Of a DNA stretch of 64,000 nucleotides, positions 14,147 through 27,281 are shown one piece after another (the first letter of the stretch is position 1; the number at the start of each line of letters is the position of its first letter). A program made the position numbers and the translations under genes. The stretch comes from Spizellomyces punctatus DAOM BR117 (lineage: Eukaryota), in NCBI GenBank assembly GCA_000182565.2, contig KQ257457.1, one strand, 5' to 3'. The notes under the pieces were generated by a model, which saw nothing but the letters and a program-made list of their open reading frames with translations, had not been told where the DNA came from and made no database searches.

Positions 14147-16794
14147 ATGCCGTTCGCCAAGCCTCTTCCTGAGGCCATCTCGGCATTTCTAGACAAAGTC
14201 TCGTCCGCAGCGCTTCCGGCGGCTTCGACAGCTGCCACTATGCAGCTGCGAATCCAGCGCATTCGTCGTACGGCATTGGGTGTCGCGCTTGCTGGAGGTG
14301 CAATCTACTATATGCGTCGTCAAAAGCAGCGTGCTTCTATACGCGCCCTGGGTAAACCTGTAGAAGACGACGAAACAGCCACAATGAAGATCGACAAGAA
14401 TAAGATCAAAGTAGCAGTTGATAAACGGTTTCTGAGACAATTGAAGTACATTTGGGCTATTTGCGTGCCAAACTGGAGGTCGAAAACCGTGATGATTCTG
14501 GTTCTGCATACCACGTTTTTGATCCTGCGAACATACTTATCAGTTATCGTCGCGAGGTTGGATGGACGGTTGGTGAGAGATTTGGTGGCAGCTGATGCAA
14601 AATCATTTGGAAAGGGCTTGCTATACTGGTTTGCCGTTGCTATTCCTGCAACCTACACGAATAGCATGGTGAGTCCAGAACTTATTACTGGTGGCTGCAT
14701 CGCATACCTTATGGAAGCCCCTATACACCTTGATGAAATTCAATTTTGATTGTCGAATACTAACAGTCAGTTACTATTAGATTCGCTACTTACAGTCAAA
14801 GCTTTCGATTGCATTACGGACCAGCCTTACCCGTCACGTGCACGACCTTTACATGGAGAACAACACATATTACAAAGCTATTAACTTGGACAACCGCATT
14901 GATGGTGCCGATCAACTTATTACGACTGACATCAACCGATTCTGTACCGCGCTTGCGTCGCTGTACTCCAACTTGGGCAAGCCTATACTCGATATGATTA
15001 TCTTCAACTACCAGCTCGCACGTAGCATCGGAACATCCGGAATGTGGGGGTTGACTGTCAATTACTTCATTACCGCCAGTATTCTCAGAGCTGTAACCCC
15101 GTCCTTCGGAAAATTGGCTGCAGTTGAGGCAAAGCTTGAGGTAGGACTTTGGAATTGGCTTCTTAGTTGATCTGAATGAGCTTAAGTGTCGATATCATGT
15201 TCATAGGGAGACTTCCGTTCGGCCCATTCGCGCCTCATCACCAACGCGGAAGAAATTGCCTTTTATCATGGCGCCCATTTAGAAAAATCTATCTTGACCC
15301 GCACCTACTACCGCCTGATTAAGCACATCAACCACATTTATCGTATTAGGATCGCATACAACATGTTCGAGGACTTTATCATCAAATACACTTGGTCGGC
15401 GGCAGGATTGCTCATTGCCAGTATTCCGGTGTTTTACCCAGAGTTTGCTGGCGCCCGGTCGCGACGTGAAGAGGCAAGATTAGCTCAATTACAGGCATCT
15501 GATCCCGCGAATGCTCTTTCTCAGTTGGACAGAAAGACGGGAAGTAGAACACAGGGTTTCATTACCAACAAACGGTACGTGGTATGCTGCTAATGACAGC
15601 GGTGGGTGGAATGTCTAATACGCCACATGCCTACGTGTAGATTGATGGTGTCTCTTGCTGATGCTGGTGGTCGTATCATGTACTCATACAAGGAATTGAA
15701 CGAACTGGCCGGTTACACTTACCGAGTTTACAACATGTTACGCGTCCTGCAAGATCTCCACGACGATCGATTTGTTGACACTGGGAACACCGGTGCGGAG
15801 TACTCTTTGGAATCAATTGCAGGCAAATTGGAATATGACTTTGATGGTACTACCAGCAGCGTCGTGTGTTGTTACAGACGTATTGATGCTAATGTTTGCT
15901 GTCAGGTATCAAATTTGACAAAACACCCATCGTGACTCCGAATGGCGACACCGTCCTCATCCGTGACCTGTCCTTTGGAATTGGTCCTGGCGAGCATCTT
16001 ATGGTGACCGGCCCCAACGGAGCTGGCAAAACGTCGATCCTTCGTACCCTTGCAGGACTTTGGCCTATTTTCAGAGGCAAAATCTCGCGGCCTGCGCCCG
16101 GATTGGATTCAATCCTCTACATTCCTCAGCGCCCGTACTTGGCAATTGGTTCCTTGCGTGAGCAAGTCATTTACCCTCACACTGTGAAGCAAATGAAGCA
16201 GGCTGGAAAGACGGATGCGGATTTGGCCGAGATTCTGAAGAAGGTGTATTTGGAATATATTCCAGCAAGAGAAGGCGGATGGGACGCCGTCAAGGAGTGG
16301 AAGGACGTGTTCTCCGGAGGTGCGTGACCACTGTTTATGGAAATGTGAGAGGGATCTTAATATACAATTCCTGTACAGGTGAAAAACAACGCATGCAATT
16401 AGCACGTCTGTTTTACCACCATCCTCGGTTCGCCGTGTTGGACGAAGCCACCTCTGCTGTCTCGACTGATGTGGAAGCACTTCTCTACTCTACTGCAAAG
16501 GACGAAGGGATCACCGTCGTGACGATATCTCACCGCCCAAGTCTCTTCAAGTACCACAACTATCTCCTTCGAGTCGGTGAAGGAGAAAGTGGCGATGCAT
16601 GGGAGATGGAACGAATTGGTAGCGGCCATGGATTCATGGACTCTGTTGAGAGCGAGATTCGCAAATTGGAGGACCGGTTAGGCGATATTGGGCGGTTGAG
16701 GAGCCGGTTAGCAGACATCAACAAAGAGTTGAGTTTGGAGGTTGCACCAACCGGGGATAAAGATCTAAAGCATGCTAAACGGACTTTGATTTGA
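14147..16794 (+). CDS. PXA1: Peroxisomal ABCD half-transporter (Pxa1/ALDP-like)
   Basis: EAA motif (ITNAEEIAFYHG), SLADAGGRIMYSYKEL, Walker A GPNGAGKTS, YIPQRPY, signature FSGGEKQR, Walker B AVLDEATSAVS; about five introns. Confidence 0.93.
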
Positions 16795-16978
16795 ATGTGA
16801 TTGTGAGATTGTCTGTATGCATGTATGATTTGCCAATAGTGGTAATTGGTCATGTATCTTTGGGGGAAATGGTATCCTTTTCTGTAATATGCAGGTGTGA
16901 AGTATGTCGACATGGTAGTTTTTTTCTTTTGTGATGATGGGCTACGACATTTTCAGTAGGATTTTAAAAGATGATTCG

Positions 16979-17272
16979 TCATACAAGTTTCATGATTTCA
17001 TCTTGATGAGATCCTGCTTTTGCCTCCCCCACAAGGCTGAGCCTTGGGCTGGAGTTTGTCCCACCCCCCGCGGTATCCAAGATTTTGTATGATTCCCTTG
17101 CGTCACGACAAGAGTTTTCCTTTGTGGGGAGGAGATAGGGATCTAATAGGAAATGTTGAGAGGGATACGGGCAATTGTAAAACAAATTGTAAACCGCAAC
17201 GTACGTCATGAAGCCAAGCACAACAATGACTGCAAGTGTCCCCTTCCCCCAAAAGGAACGTTCGTTTTCCAT
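16979..17272 (-). CDS. Putative 97-aa single-TM small protein
   Basis: ATG in A-rich context (aaaagaaaATGG), one hydrophobic stretch (TLAVIVVLGFMTYVAVYNLFY), two Cys; fills the gap between genes. No recognised homology. Confidence 0.45.
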   Translation of the reverse strand: MENERSFWGKGTLAVIVVLGFMTYVAVYNLFYNCPYPSQHFLLDPYLLPTKENSCRDARESYKILDTAGGGTNSSPRLSLVGEAKAGSHQDEIMKLV

Positions 17273-17568
17273 TTTCTTTTGTTTTTTTCACACTTGTCTG
17301 TCGTGTGATCCACAGAACCTGACGTCATGTACGGACGCGACTCTTACGTAATGTGTCCGGACTCCCCAAAGGCTGCTTTCTTGGAAGGGATATAAAAGAT
17401 GCAAAGGGTATCGCTTTTCTCTCCTCTGCTCACAGTCACGACAGTTAAAGTGTCTTGTGGTGATTCCTTTTATACCCACCCTACACCCACGCAAACGCCC
17501 GTAAACTCTCATTTCTTGGCATTACACGCAATCGAATCTGTCAAAAATCCTACTGCGAGGCTATTTCA

Positions 17569-17576
17569 TATAAAAG
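17569..17576 (+). promoter_or_regulatory. TATA box of the 54-aa microprotein gene
   Basis: TATAAAAG about 80 nt upstream of ATG 17654. Confidence 0.5.
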
Positions 17577-17653
17577 TCGTCGAGACTCCCGCTATACTCT
17601 ACCCGTAGACTCTACTAGATCAATCAACGTCAACTCGAAATCAACCTTTATAA

Positions 17654-17885
17654 ATGGGTTCAGTCTTCTCTTGCCTGGCAGGAATCTGCAATGCTATTGC
17701 AAACGGCATCAACACAGTTTTCAGTGCCATCGGCAGTTGTCTAATGGTAAGAGTACCACAGTACTGTTGTTACTTCTTCAAGCTAAAGAGCTAATCTAAA
17801 ATATGCCTTTCAGGGCATTGTCAACGGTATCCGCAACTGTATCGCAGGGACGTTCGCAGCATGTGGAAGATGTTTACCGTGTTAG
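17654..17885 (+). CDS. 54-aa Cys/Gly-rich amphipathic microprotein with N-myristoylation motif (not in ORF track)
   Basis: Exon 17654..17746, intron 17747..17813 (GTAAGA…CTAAT…TTTCAG), exon 17814..17885. Product MGSVFSCLAGICNAIANGINTVFSAIGSCLMGIVNGIRNCIAGTFAACGRCLPC*. Confidence 0.8.
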
Positions 17886-18144
17886 ATTGCCCCCCCTCAT
17901 GGCGAAGGGATGAGGGGGGGTCGATTATGCCGAGTTGGATTTTGATGGGATTCTTGCGTTGGGACGTTGTACATACTATTCGAGATGTTTCAGTTAATAT
18001 ACACACAGCGTTATCAGACTTGTAATGAGATTGGTTAAATGAAATGGCATTCTGCAATTACTGGGAGACGGGGGCGCGTTACGTAAGCGACGGATCGTTG
18101 CTCTATCAGAATTATACCAAGCAGCTTGTAGTGCTAAAACAGAT

Positions 18145-21100
18145 ATGGCAGCACGAGATCCATCGCCTTTTAACCACCATATTAGTCTGTTCAACGATGC
18201 ACGCATCGCTCCTCACACTACCTCCCCATCGGCCCGCCCCGTTGTGACTCCTCGCACACCTCCAAATCTTAGACCACCCCGTCTAACGCTTAGTCTGTCC
18301 CATCCCACAAGCCAGCAAATCCAGCCAACGCACGAAACAATCCAACAAACATGGGCAGCGTTCGATGCCATGTCGGAAGCACAGCGGAACATGCTATTGA
18401 AGGGATTGGTGGCAAGATGTGGTGGAAAGCAGGTTGAAGGTCTCTGTACTTGGTTGAACTTGCGGATGGTGGACGGGAGTGTAAGTTTTAACGCTGTCAT
18501 CCTTCTCCACAAAACGACAATTCTCACGATTGTGTGGATATAATAGAGCCCAACTGTTTACCCAGAAAATGTCTCCAGCAAATACGCAACTGCTGTACAC
18601 AAGTCCAAAAGGATGCCCGCCAAAGGAGCATCACTTGCCGCTGTAGCAGCTGAGAGTACGACCGCAAAGACATCGGTGCTGGACACCGCGAGGCAGCTGG
18701 CTGGGTTTACCGGATTGAAAAAAGAGGTGAAATTGCCGCAGATTGATCGAGGGTAGGTGTTATCCCCAGACGTGGCGTCGCCCTTTCTAGACCAAACCTT
18801 GTACATTTCATAGAAAGTCAAGAGTAGCTACTGAGGAAGATGACGATTCTTTCTTTCCATCCGCTCATGCATTATCCAACCCTACCCCGAACTTGGCGCA
18901 AGATGGGGGTTTTGCGAGCCACCGCCTTCACAGTGCAGACCGACCCCACAACATAAACATTAATCTCTACACTAAACTCCTCCACACCCATCAGGATGCC
19001 GATACCCTTGCAAAGCAACTTCTTCGCGCTGGTCCGGAACCGACACGAACCTTTATTCACTTCCTCTCCAACCGACTCCAAAAATCCCAACATCTGATCA
19101 CAAGCATCACCGAAATCGCCATGGAGCCCGATACAGAAAAGGCCATGAACGATCTTCTCAACCATCTGCTGAATACAGTCGACGCCAGATATGCGACAGT
19201 CTACCTCCTTGAAGACACAATACCAGAAACGACCGTGGTCCGCGCTAGTAATTGGGCTCAAGTTGGCAACAGCGTCTCGCTCCAGAATATCTTCAATGGC
19301 CCTACACTCCAGAAACTCGGACAACCCAGCAATGCGTACAATGTAAAAACATCGGAACAGTATACCGACGATATTCAAGATGCGTACGCTTCGGTTAATC
19401 CAGACTGCATCCTTTCAGCACCAATCCTGGACAATGAAGGTCGATTCGCGGGAATATTGGAGCTTATCAACAAGACCACTCCAACACCTTTTTTTGAAGC
19501 TGAGGACGAAAGTGTAGTCAAACTTGTCGCAAGCCTGTGGACAGTGCTGATGAAACGGTCTCAAATATTGTTGGAGCAGACGCAGCAAACGGCGGATATT
19601 AGGGCTTTCCTAAATACCGCTTCAGTGATGACTTCTGAAATCGACTTGGGGGGTGCGTATAGACATCATAATTTTGTTTCTCACAAAAACCTATACTCAT
19701 TCCTCTGTTGTGGGTTAGCACAGACTTGATCAAAGTTATCATGCAAACATCTCAAGAGCTCCTCAAAGCCGAGCGATGTTCCCTGTTTATGGTGGACAAA
19801 GAGAAGCAAGAATTGTGGACTACCGTTGCGCAAGGAACGGAGGAGATTCGCATACCCATCAACAAAGGGATTGCCGGTGAGCACATGGCACGATCATAAA
19901 AAACCTGTCCTCAGGTATCTGATTAATCTGCAAATTTTGGTTGACCGTAGGGCATGTCGCCATGACCGGTACACTGCTCAACATCCCAAATGGTACGGTA
20001 AGGTGTCGTTGACCGGGCTGCACAATGAACTAACCGCCTGAGTGTTCATCCAGCTTACAAGGATCACCGCTTCAATCGCTCCGTCGATCTCAAAACCGGA
20101 TACCGCACCCGTAATATTCTCTGTATGCCCATGAAAAACAGTTCGGGGAATGTCATCGGTGTTACGCAAATCATTAACAAGTTGCCCGAATCGGCGGTGT
20201 TTAGTCGGGAGGATGAAATGCTAGGAATGAGTTTTGCCGGATTAGGTATGTGATCTCGTGCAGTCTCTTTTCAAAGTAATGCATTCTCTAATATGAATAT
20301 AACTCAGCTGGTGGGATGCTCGAAAAGTCTCTCCAATTCAAGGCCCTTCAAATCCAGCTCCAGAGCACCACAGCTGAGCGAGACTTGGTCAGTACCGCTT
20401 TTCAAAATACCCCCCACATCATCCTGGCTCTCGACCACGCTGGCAGACTGGTACGACTTTATCCAATCCGCAACTAGAGGGTTTTATGCTAACTTGTATG
20501 CTCCAGTTAACCGTCAATGATGCAGTGCCGTTGGGACTTCCTGATCTATCCCTCCTAAGACTTACCACCTACGACACCTGGCTTTCCCCAAATGACGTAC
20601 TCATATCTGACATCAAAGCCACGTATGAAACCAATCGTCCAGCGTATGCGGAGGGATATGTCTTTCGTACTGAGGATGGCGCGAACGTGGATGTGAATTA
20701 TGCTGTGGTAAAGATGGAAAGCGGGCTTATCATAGATGTGGAGGTTGTCGGGGACGATAGGAGACTTGCAGCAGATCTGGGAAGGTAGAGAGAAGGATTT
20801 TCCCTGGCCTTGCCGTTAACAGCTCACAAACCTCCTTCCTCCAGATATATGCATCTGGGGCTGGTGCGGGAGGTCCAAGGTGACGACGCATCGCTGCACG
20901 GGAAGAAAAGTCAGATGAGCGTGCTGGTTGCAGAGCTGAGAGAGTGTATGTAGCGGATAGTGGTTTGAAGTCATTTTTCCCGGTTGTTCATCATCTGTAC
21001 CGAACCTGCTAGTTGCATCCATTACCAACAACTTCCCACCATCCTCCGTGATTACATTGCTGAACGAGCACCACTCATCGATCTACGCCTCCATTTCATC

Positions 21101-21965
21101 GGAGAACGGTACTCGCCGGCGTCCAATTCCAGTCTCGCAACTATTACTAACCACATTACACATCTCACAGGCCTCCTTCAAACTCAAACTGGTCCCACCA
21201 CCCTCTCACTATTTGGTCTACCATACTGTTCACCCACAGATGCCGTAAGATGTGTTTCCTGTGCTTTAAAAATCAAAGACTCTATCTTGGAACGCAATGA
21301 AAAAAGCACAGTTAAAATGGAGGTTGGAATTGGGATTGCGACGGGGGATATGGTGTGGGGCCTGGTAGGACATCCGAAGCGAAGGGATGTTGTGGGTGTT
21401 GGCGGTCAGTTGACTCTTTGCGATATGCTCTCGGATATCCACATACTAACTACTGCCTTCTTGCGATAGATCCTCTCCATCTTTCAACTCATCTCCGCAC
21501 CATCATAAAAACTTACACGTCCAAAACATCCATCCTCATCTGCGAATCGACAAAGGAGGCCGTCAAAGAGCATTTTCATCTTCGTGAACTGGACGCTATA
21601 TCATGGGGTGATAAGCCTGATACCCCGGCATTGGTGATTTACGAGGTTCTACATCCCTCCACAATAGAGTTGGATAAGAATGTTATGACCGTAAGTATTA
21701 ACCCATTTTGTGCAGCAAACTACAATCCATCGCTCATTCGGATATCTCTCCCCTTGTTTTTCAACAGTCACTCATATGCTACGAACTAGGACTTTCTGAT
21801 TATCGCTCAAGAAATTTCGGAACTGCTTTGAATCATTTTCGAAAGGCGGTTCAAATGACCCAAGATGAGCCATCTAAAACAATGGTGGCGAGATGTCGAC
21901 AGGTGCTGGATGGACGGGTCGTTGTACCGCAGGAATGGGATAGTGTATGGAGGTGGGATGGATGA
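18145..21965 (+). CDS. GAF-GAF-PAS-class III cyclase homology domain-TPR protein (CyaB-like), cyclase apparently inactive
   Basis: GAF-A …ILELINK…[20 protein letters not shown]…GIAGHVAMTG…AYKDHRFN…[11 protein letters not shown]…INK…FSREDE. Cyclase fold LGRYM…[10 protein letters not shown]…FGLP…GIGIATGD…GD; TPR tail ending WDSVWRWDG. About ten introns. Confidence 0.85.
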
Positions 21966-22028
21966 TCTTGGGGCATTAAGCTTAAGACTTAAAAAATATT
22001 GTAAAATACTGTAATTGGTGCATTGGTT

Positions 22029-25000
22029 CTATTCATCTACTTCTTGACCAGCAATCGTTTCCATTTCCAACTTTGCCTCGAATCGAGAATGATGTAGAAT
22101 TTCCTAAATATGACAAAAAAGCGTTAGCAGCTTGCACAGTTGAGAAACTGTTGTCAGTATTTACCTTGACACGCTCCCTCAAGACCTGCTTCCGAAACTC
22201 CCTCCAGCGCTGTTCTTTCTGCTCCGCTACAAACTCTTTCCACAATCGTAGACATCGCCTTGGTAGGATTCGCTTCATTAGCTGATCAGCTTTCGCATTG
22301 AGAGCACGTTCGTGTGCTTCGCGGGTTTGGCTGGTGGTCAAAGCTTTACGTCGCCAGGTCTGAAACGTGCTGAGGATGACATGGTGCTTATGGTGTTTGC
22401 AGGCATCTGAAGTGTGGCATTTGTGCGTTTGATATGCCTTCCGTACATTGGGACCAAGTGAAGCGGATTCGTAAGGGATTGCAAAATATATGGAATTCTT
22501 AACCCTCAGGTCTCACCTCTTTCCATCGATCCCATCCTGATTTTACAGCTCTCTGATCCCACAGTTTTGATGCCATAATCTCCCTCTCTTCCCATCGTTC
22601 TCTGAACCTTTGTATCCACCCTTTGAACAAACAGCGAACCCAAAATCCAAGAGATGCTTCCTCGTTCCTCCGAACCGCACCCACAAAAGTCTTCAAACAT
22701 TTCAACCCCTTCCTCAACAGGCGTTTCCTGCTAAACGTGCACGCAAGAGCATTTACACGCCGTTGCTCGGCAAGCTGCTCCGCTAAGGCTTTCTCGGCTG
22801 CTTTACGGGACTCGATGAGAATACGACGCTCTTCTGCTTCTTGGAGAGCTTTTGCCTCTGCTTCTGCTGCCTTCTTGGCCTATTAGATGGACGGAATGAG
22901 ACTTTGGCGGGCAATGAATTCACTGATTGGTTACACGGACCTCCAGCGCTTCCTGACGCTCTTTGCGACGCTGTTCAAGCTGTTGGCGACGGTCTCTACG
23001 TTCTGCATCTCTCTTTTCCATTTCTGAGGGTTGGCATGACGCAATGTGAAACGGGGCTATTTAAATATGGAAATGAACATCCATACTAAAGCCTGCCTTA
23101 CCTGCAATCCACTTTTGGTCTTGTGCAGTTCGAATACGCCTGGGTTTCTGGGGCGATGGTGCCTTGCGGCGGATTGTCGACTGTTTTGGCGAATCGTTGA
23201 GCGTTGATGCGCAAGCAACTTTATTCTCTTCTGTTGGTGCCGGAGTTGGAGCCTTGGGTTCTTCTACATTTGTCGCTGGACCCTTGTTCACATCCTCCCC
23301 ATCTATAATGGCATTCATGTCTTTGCTGTCATCATTGGACAAGCTCTCCCCACTCGTACTTGCATCCAATCTCTCCAAAACCTTGCCCACTCTTCTCTCC
23401 TCAATCTCTGCCTCAACTCTCTGTCGTCGTTCCAGGCGCTCCAAGGCCTCTTTCATGCGCTTGGCCCGCTCTTCGTGTTGGCGACGGAGGCGTTTAGCTT
23501 CACCTGTCACAAAAGGAGAAGGAAATGGGCAGAGTTAATCTCGTTTTTGCATGGGTAGTTCACATAAGCAGTAACGTACGTTGAAGTCTCGTCCATCCCA
23601 GCCATGCGAGCACTACTTTTGAAAGTATTGTCGATCTCTGAAAGCGGACGGCCTTCAACTGGTTTTCATGGGATTTTTGGAGGGCTTCTTGAAGCGCCTG
23701 GGCTTCTCTAATCAAAAATGTTGTCACTACGTGCAATCATACTGCTTGCTGCATACCACGAGACGCTCATAAAAGATAGCATACCGTTTGGCTATACAAG
23801 ACTGCTTCAGTTTCCGCCAGGTCGCGAACGACCGATTCAAATGTCGCCAAGTGGTAATGACCTATAGATGTGTATTCAGCAAAGTGCCATCCAGAATCTG
23901 AAAGCTATGGACTGGTACTGACCTGAAACTGCTGCACTTGTTTTCGATATGTGGTGACAAGAGCACACCAGCTTGAGAAATGCACCTACCAATAAAGTCA
24001 GCAAACCTAATCACAGTCCAGAGCTCAAATTTCTCGCACTTTGAGGGCTTTCAACCGACGAACAGAAAATAGCTCGTCAGCTCTGGCGCGGGATTGAGCC
24101 AGTTTTCGCTCGATTATCTCATTCCGCCGTTTTTCGTCTTCTTTTTGAGACTCTGTCTTGAGCTGAGCTTCACTGTCATTCAAGTCCGTCTTTTCAACTT
24201 TCACCTTTCCTGTTTCAACATCGGAGATCGTCGGTACGTCAGCCGTGGTGCGCATTTTCGCATACTCTTCGTCACTAGTTAAAATTAAATGGACAGTTTG
24301 CCAAATAACAATTCAGTATAGACTCACACCACCAGCTCGCGTGCTCGCTCAAAATCCTCATTTCGCGGTCCATATGGCTTATCAGAACGCTTCCTCCCCA
24401 TATCTTCGTCGAGCGCCGCTCGTGCCGCTCGAAGGGCAATGTCCATTTTCCATTGATCAATCTTGGAATGTTTTGGTCTTGGGTGACCCAGATACTAATA
24501 AGATACTTTATTCTATCTAATTTACAGACATTTGTCGGACGCTCACCTGGCTCTCTCAACATGTTTCTGTCGCAAGGAAGATAGCAATTTTTGCTGTTTG
24601 CTCTCTATTTGGCGCTCAAGGGCTTGTATGCGATGTTTATGATGTTGTTCCCGGCGCTCGCGCGCGAGAGCATGACGAGTTTGAGTTTCTGAATGGCGTG
24701 AATACGGGCTGATGGAACCTTGGTGGGTGCGTGAGTATAGAGCGCTTCCCTTTATGCATCAAGGTTGACAGAATGTTATTTTCAACATACGGTAACCCCT
24801 TCCGCATAAACAGGCGCCTACCCTGATATCTCCGTATCCCACAACCTCCTCAACCACCTCCCTGACAGCCTTCCGATCACTCGCTCCACATAGTTTTTCT
24901 TCCAAAGACATAAAGGCACCCAAGTTTAGATTCAGCTTTATGCGATTAGAGGCGTCGTCGGAAGGCTCGGGTGGTGCCGGATTTGACACCCACTGCGTTA

Positions 25001-25284
25001 AAAGAGCTCTTGCTGAAAGACAATGGAATTGAACAATGCGGCAATCAGGCTGGCATATGGTCTGATTTACCTTCGATCATAACATCATCCTCATTCTCCA
25101 TAACCAAATTTGAAAACTGAAGAGCTTCGGCGGCATTTGAAGGTGTGAGTGAGGGCTTTGATGTAAAAGCAGAGGAAGTTCGAGCATGATGTCTTGCTGC
25201 CGAAAAGAAATTTGATGTATGGGGAGCGTAGGATGATTCAATGTCAGGAACATCATCGTGATCGTCATGAAGATGAAAGGAGGC
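22029..25284 (-). CDS. CCDC191-like coiled-coil protein with Sfi1-like Trp repeats; 5' end unresolved
   Basis: EDDVMIEARALLTQWV, RHALARERRE, repeated F/W-x-x-W units and C-terminal WKEFV…FRKQVLRERVKEIL resemble recalled CCDC191. Many short introns; start codon not identified. Confidence 0.6.
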
Positions 25285-25635
25285 CTGCTTAAGATCTTGA
25301 ACAGACTAGAATGTAGGGCATATATGTGAGTTTAGGTAGATCTCGAAATGTAAAACTATTTACGATCAAGGGATAAAACCTGGTCGATGTCGAAAGCCAC
25401 CGGCTGTCTTCCGGGCCAATCACTCCAACTAGAAGGTAAAAATTGAGGTTAATAAAGAAAACCTTGCATTCTTCAGCACGCCTTTCATTCAAAGGAGCTA
25501 CCTCAACATTGTTTTCTGGATATCGATCTGCTGCAGGAAGAAACTACAAGGTTGCAAACGCGCCTCTAAGCCACGATTATCTAACCCCGGAGTGAAGCCT
25601 CCAGCGAACAGTGCATGTAGCTGCCTACTCCAACC

Positions 25636-27281
25636 ATGTCAACTCTCCTCCATCTCCTTGTCCGATCATCTAATGAAACGGTATCGGAAGAAGATGAATG
25701 TGCGGCTCTCAAAGGACCGACCTTTGACCCAAACAGTGATGAATATACGGCTGTCATGATTGCGTGGTGTGTGACGATTGGACTGGCAATTTTGGCTTCT
25801 GCTGCCAGTTTTTGGCTATGTGTTAGTTTTCCTCACTTTGCTCAGATATCGGTAAACTTTCTTATTAACCCTTCTTGTCAGTTCCGGCACTTTCAGCACT
25901 ACCACAATCCCGTCCATCAGCGCCAAATCGTCAGAATACTTCTGTATGTGGCTCGTGGCACACTTGTTTCCCAACGCATAGCTAATAGCCTTGTAATCCA
26001 GAATGGTTCCCGTGTACGCATTTTGCTCAACTCTGTCCTTCCGTCTAATTCAATATACAGTCTACATTGACATTGTTCGCGACTGTTATGAAGCGTTCGT
26101 CCTTTATTCGTTTTATATTCTTCTGACAAACTACCTGGGCCCAACGCTCGAAGCGCAACATGAGAGAATGCAAGGCAAACCGAAAATGAGATATCCGGCA
26201 CCATTGTGTTGCTTGTGGTACAACCCAAGTGGATATGCCTTTCTGTTGAACACCAAGTTTCTGGTGTTGCAGTACGTCGTCGTTAGGTAGGATTGTATCC
26301 GCAGGCGAGTGATTACTTCCGAACTTGAGAAGCTTACAGCACAAATGACAGGCCAGCTACCACAACGCTCGCAATGATCCTCAGTGCATTCAATCTTCTT
26401 TGCCCCACCTCCAGTTCGCCCAGTCATGGCCAATTTTGGATCACCTACATCAACCTTATCAGCAGCACGTTGGCAATGTACGGCCTCTTCACGTTCTATA
26501 TTGTCGTTCATCATGATATTAAAGAGTACAAACCCTTATGGAAGGTAAATGCCGCCAAGCACTAGTAGTATTACGTTTAAGCTTCCAGACTGATGAATGA
26601 AACAATCATTGGCAGGTTATAGCAGTCAAGTTTATTGTCTTCTTCACATTCTGGCAATCTCTTCTTCTCGACGCCCTTGTAGCCATGCACGTCATCAAAT
26701 CTAGCACAACCTACAGTTCAGAAAACGCTACCGATCTGATCCAATCGTTCCTCATCTGCACTGAAATGGTCATTGCGGCCCTGCTGCACATGAAAGCATT
26801 CCCATATTCTGAGTTCACCCAAGGGACGCCGGGAAGTCGCACTCGGGTCCTACCATCGATGCTAGATGCATTGAGTCCCATGCATATCCTCTATGACATC
26901 ACTTCTGCCCCTGGGGACGTGCGTGCACAACGAAGAAGACGAAAGGCAAAGAAGAGAAACAGGATATTGGGACAATTCGATGACGCATTCGAAGACCGTA
27001 TCAGCATGATCGACGTAGAGTTGGGATCGCCGAGGACGGCCAGTGGGGGCAAGTCTCCCGGAAAGGGGCGCATGGATTCGCCATTGAGCCCATTGAAAAC
27101 AGCTGTCGGGGTAAATGATATAAGAGAGGAAAGCGAGGATGATAGCGAGTACGAGAGTGGAAGTGACGAAGGAGCATTAGTGGGTGCACGCAGTCGGGAT
27201 TTTCAGAGCCACGATCCTCTGTATATGGGCGACGTCAGTTTGGAGGACTTCCAGGGAGATGTCAAGCGAAGTGATCTATGA
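25636..27281 (+). CDS. TMEM184/OST-alpha (Hfl1-like) organic solute transporter family protein
   Basis: HYHNPVHQRQIVRILLMVPVY, RDCYEAFVLYSF, LQYVVVRP, KFIVFFTFWQ and FLICTEM…HMKAF motifs after splicing. Confidence 0.92.
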
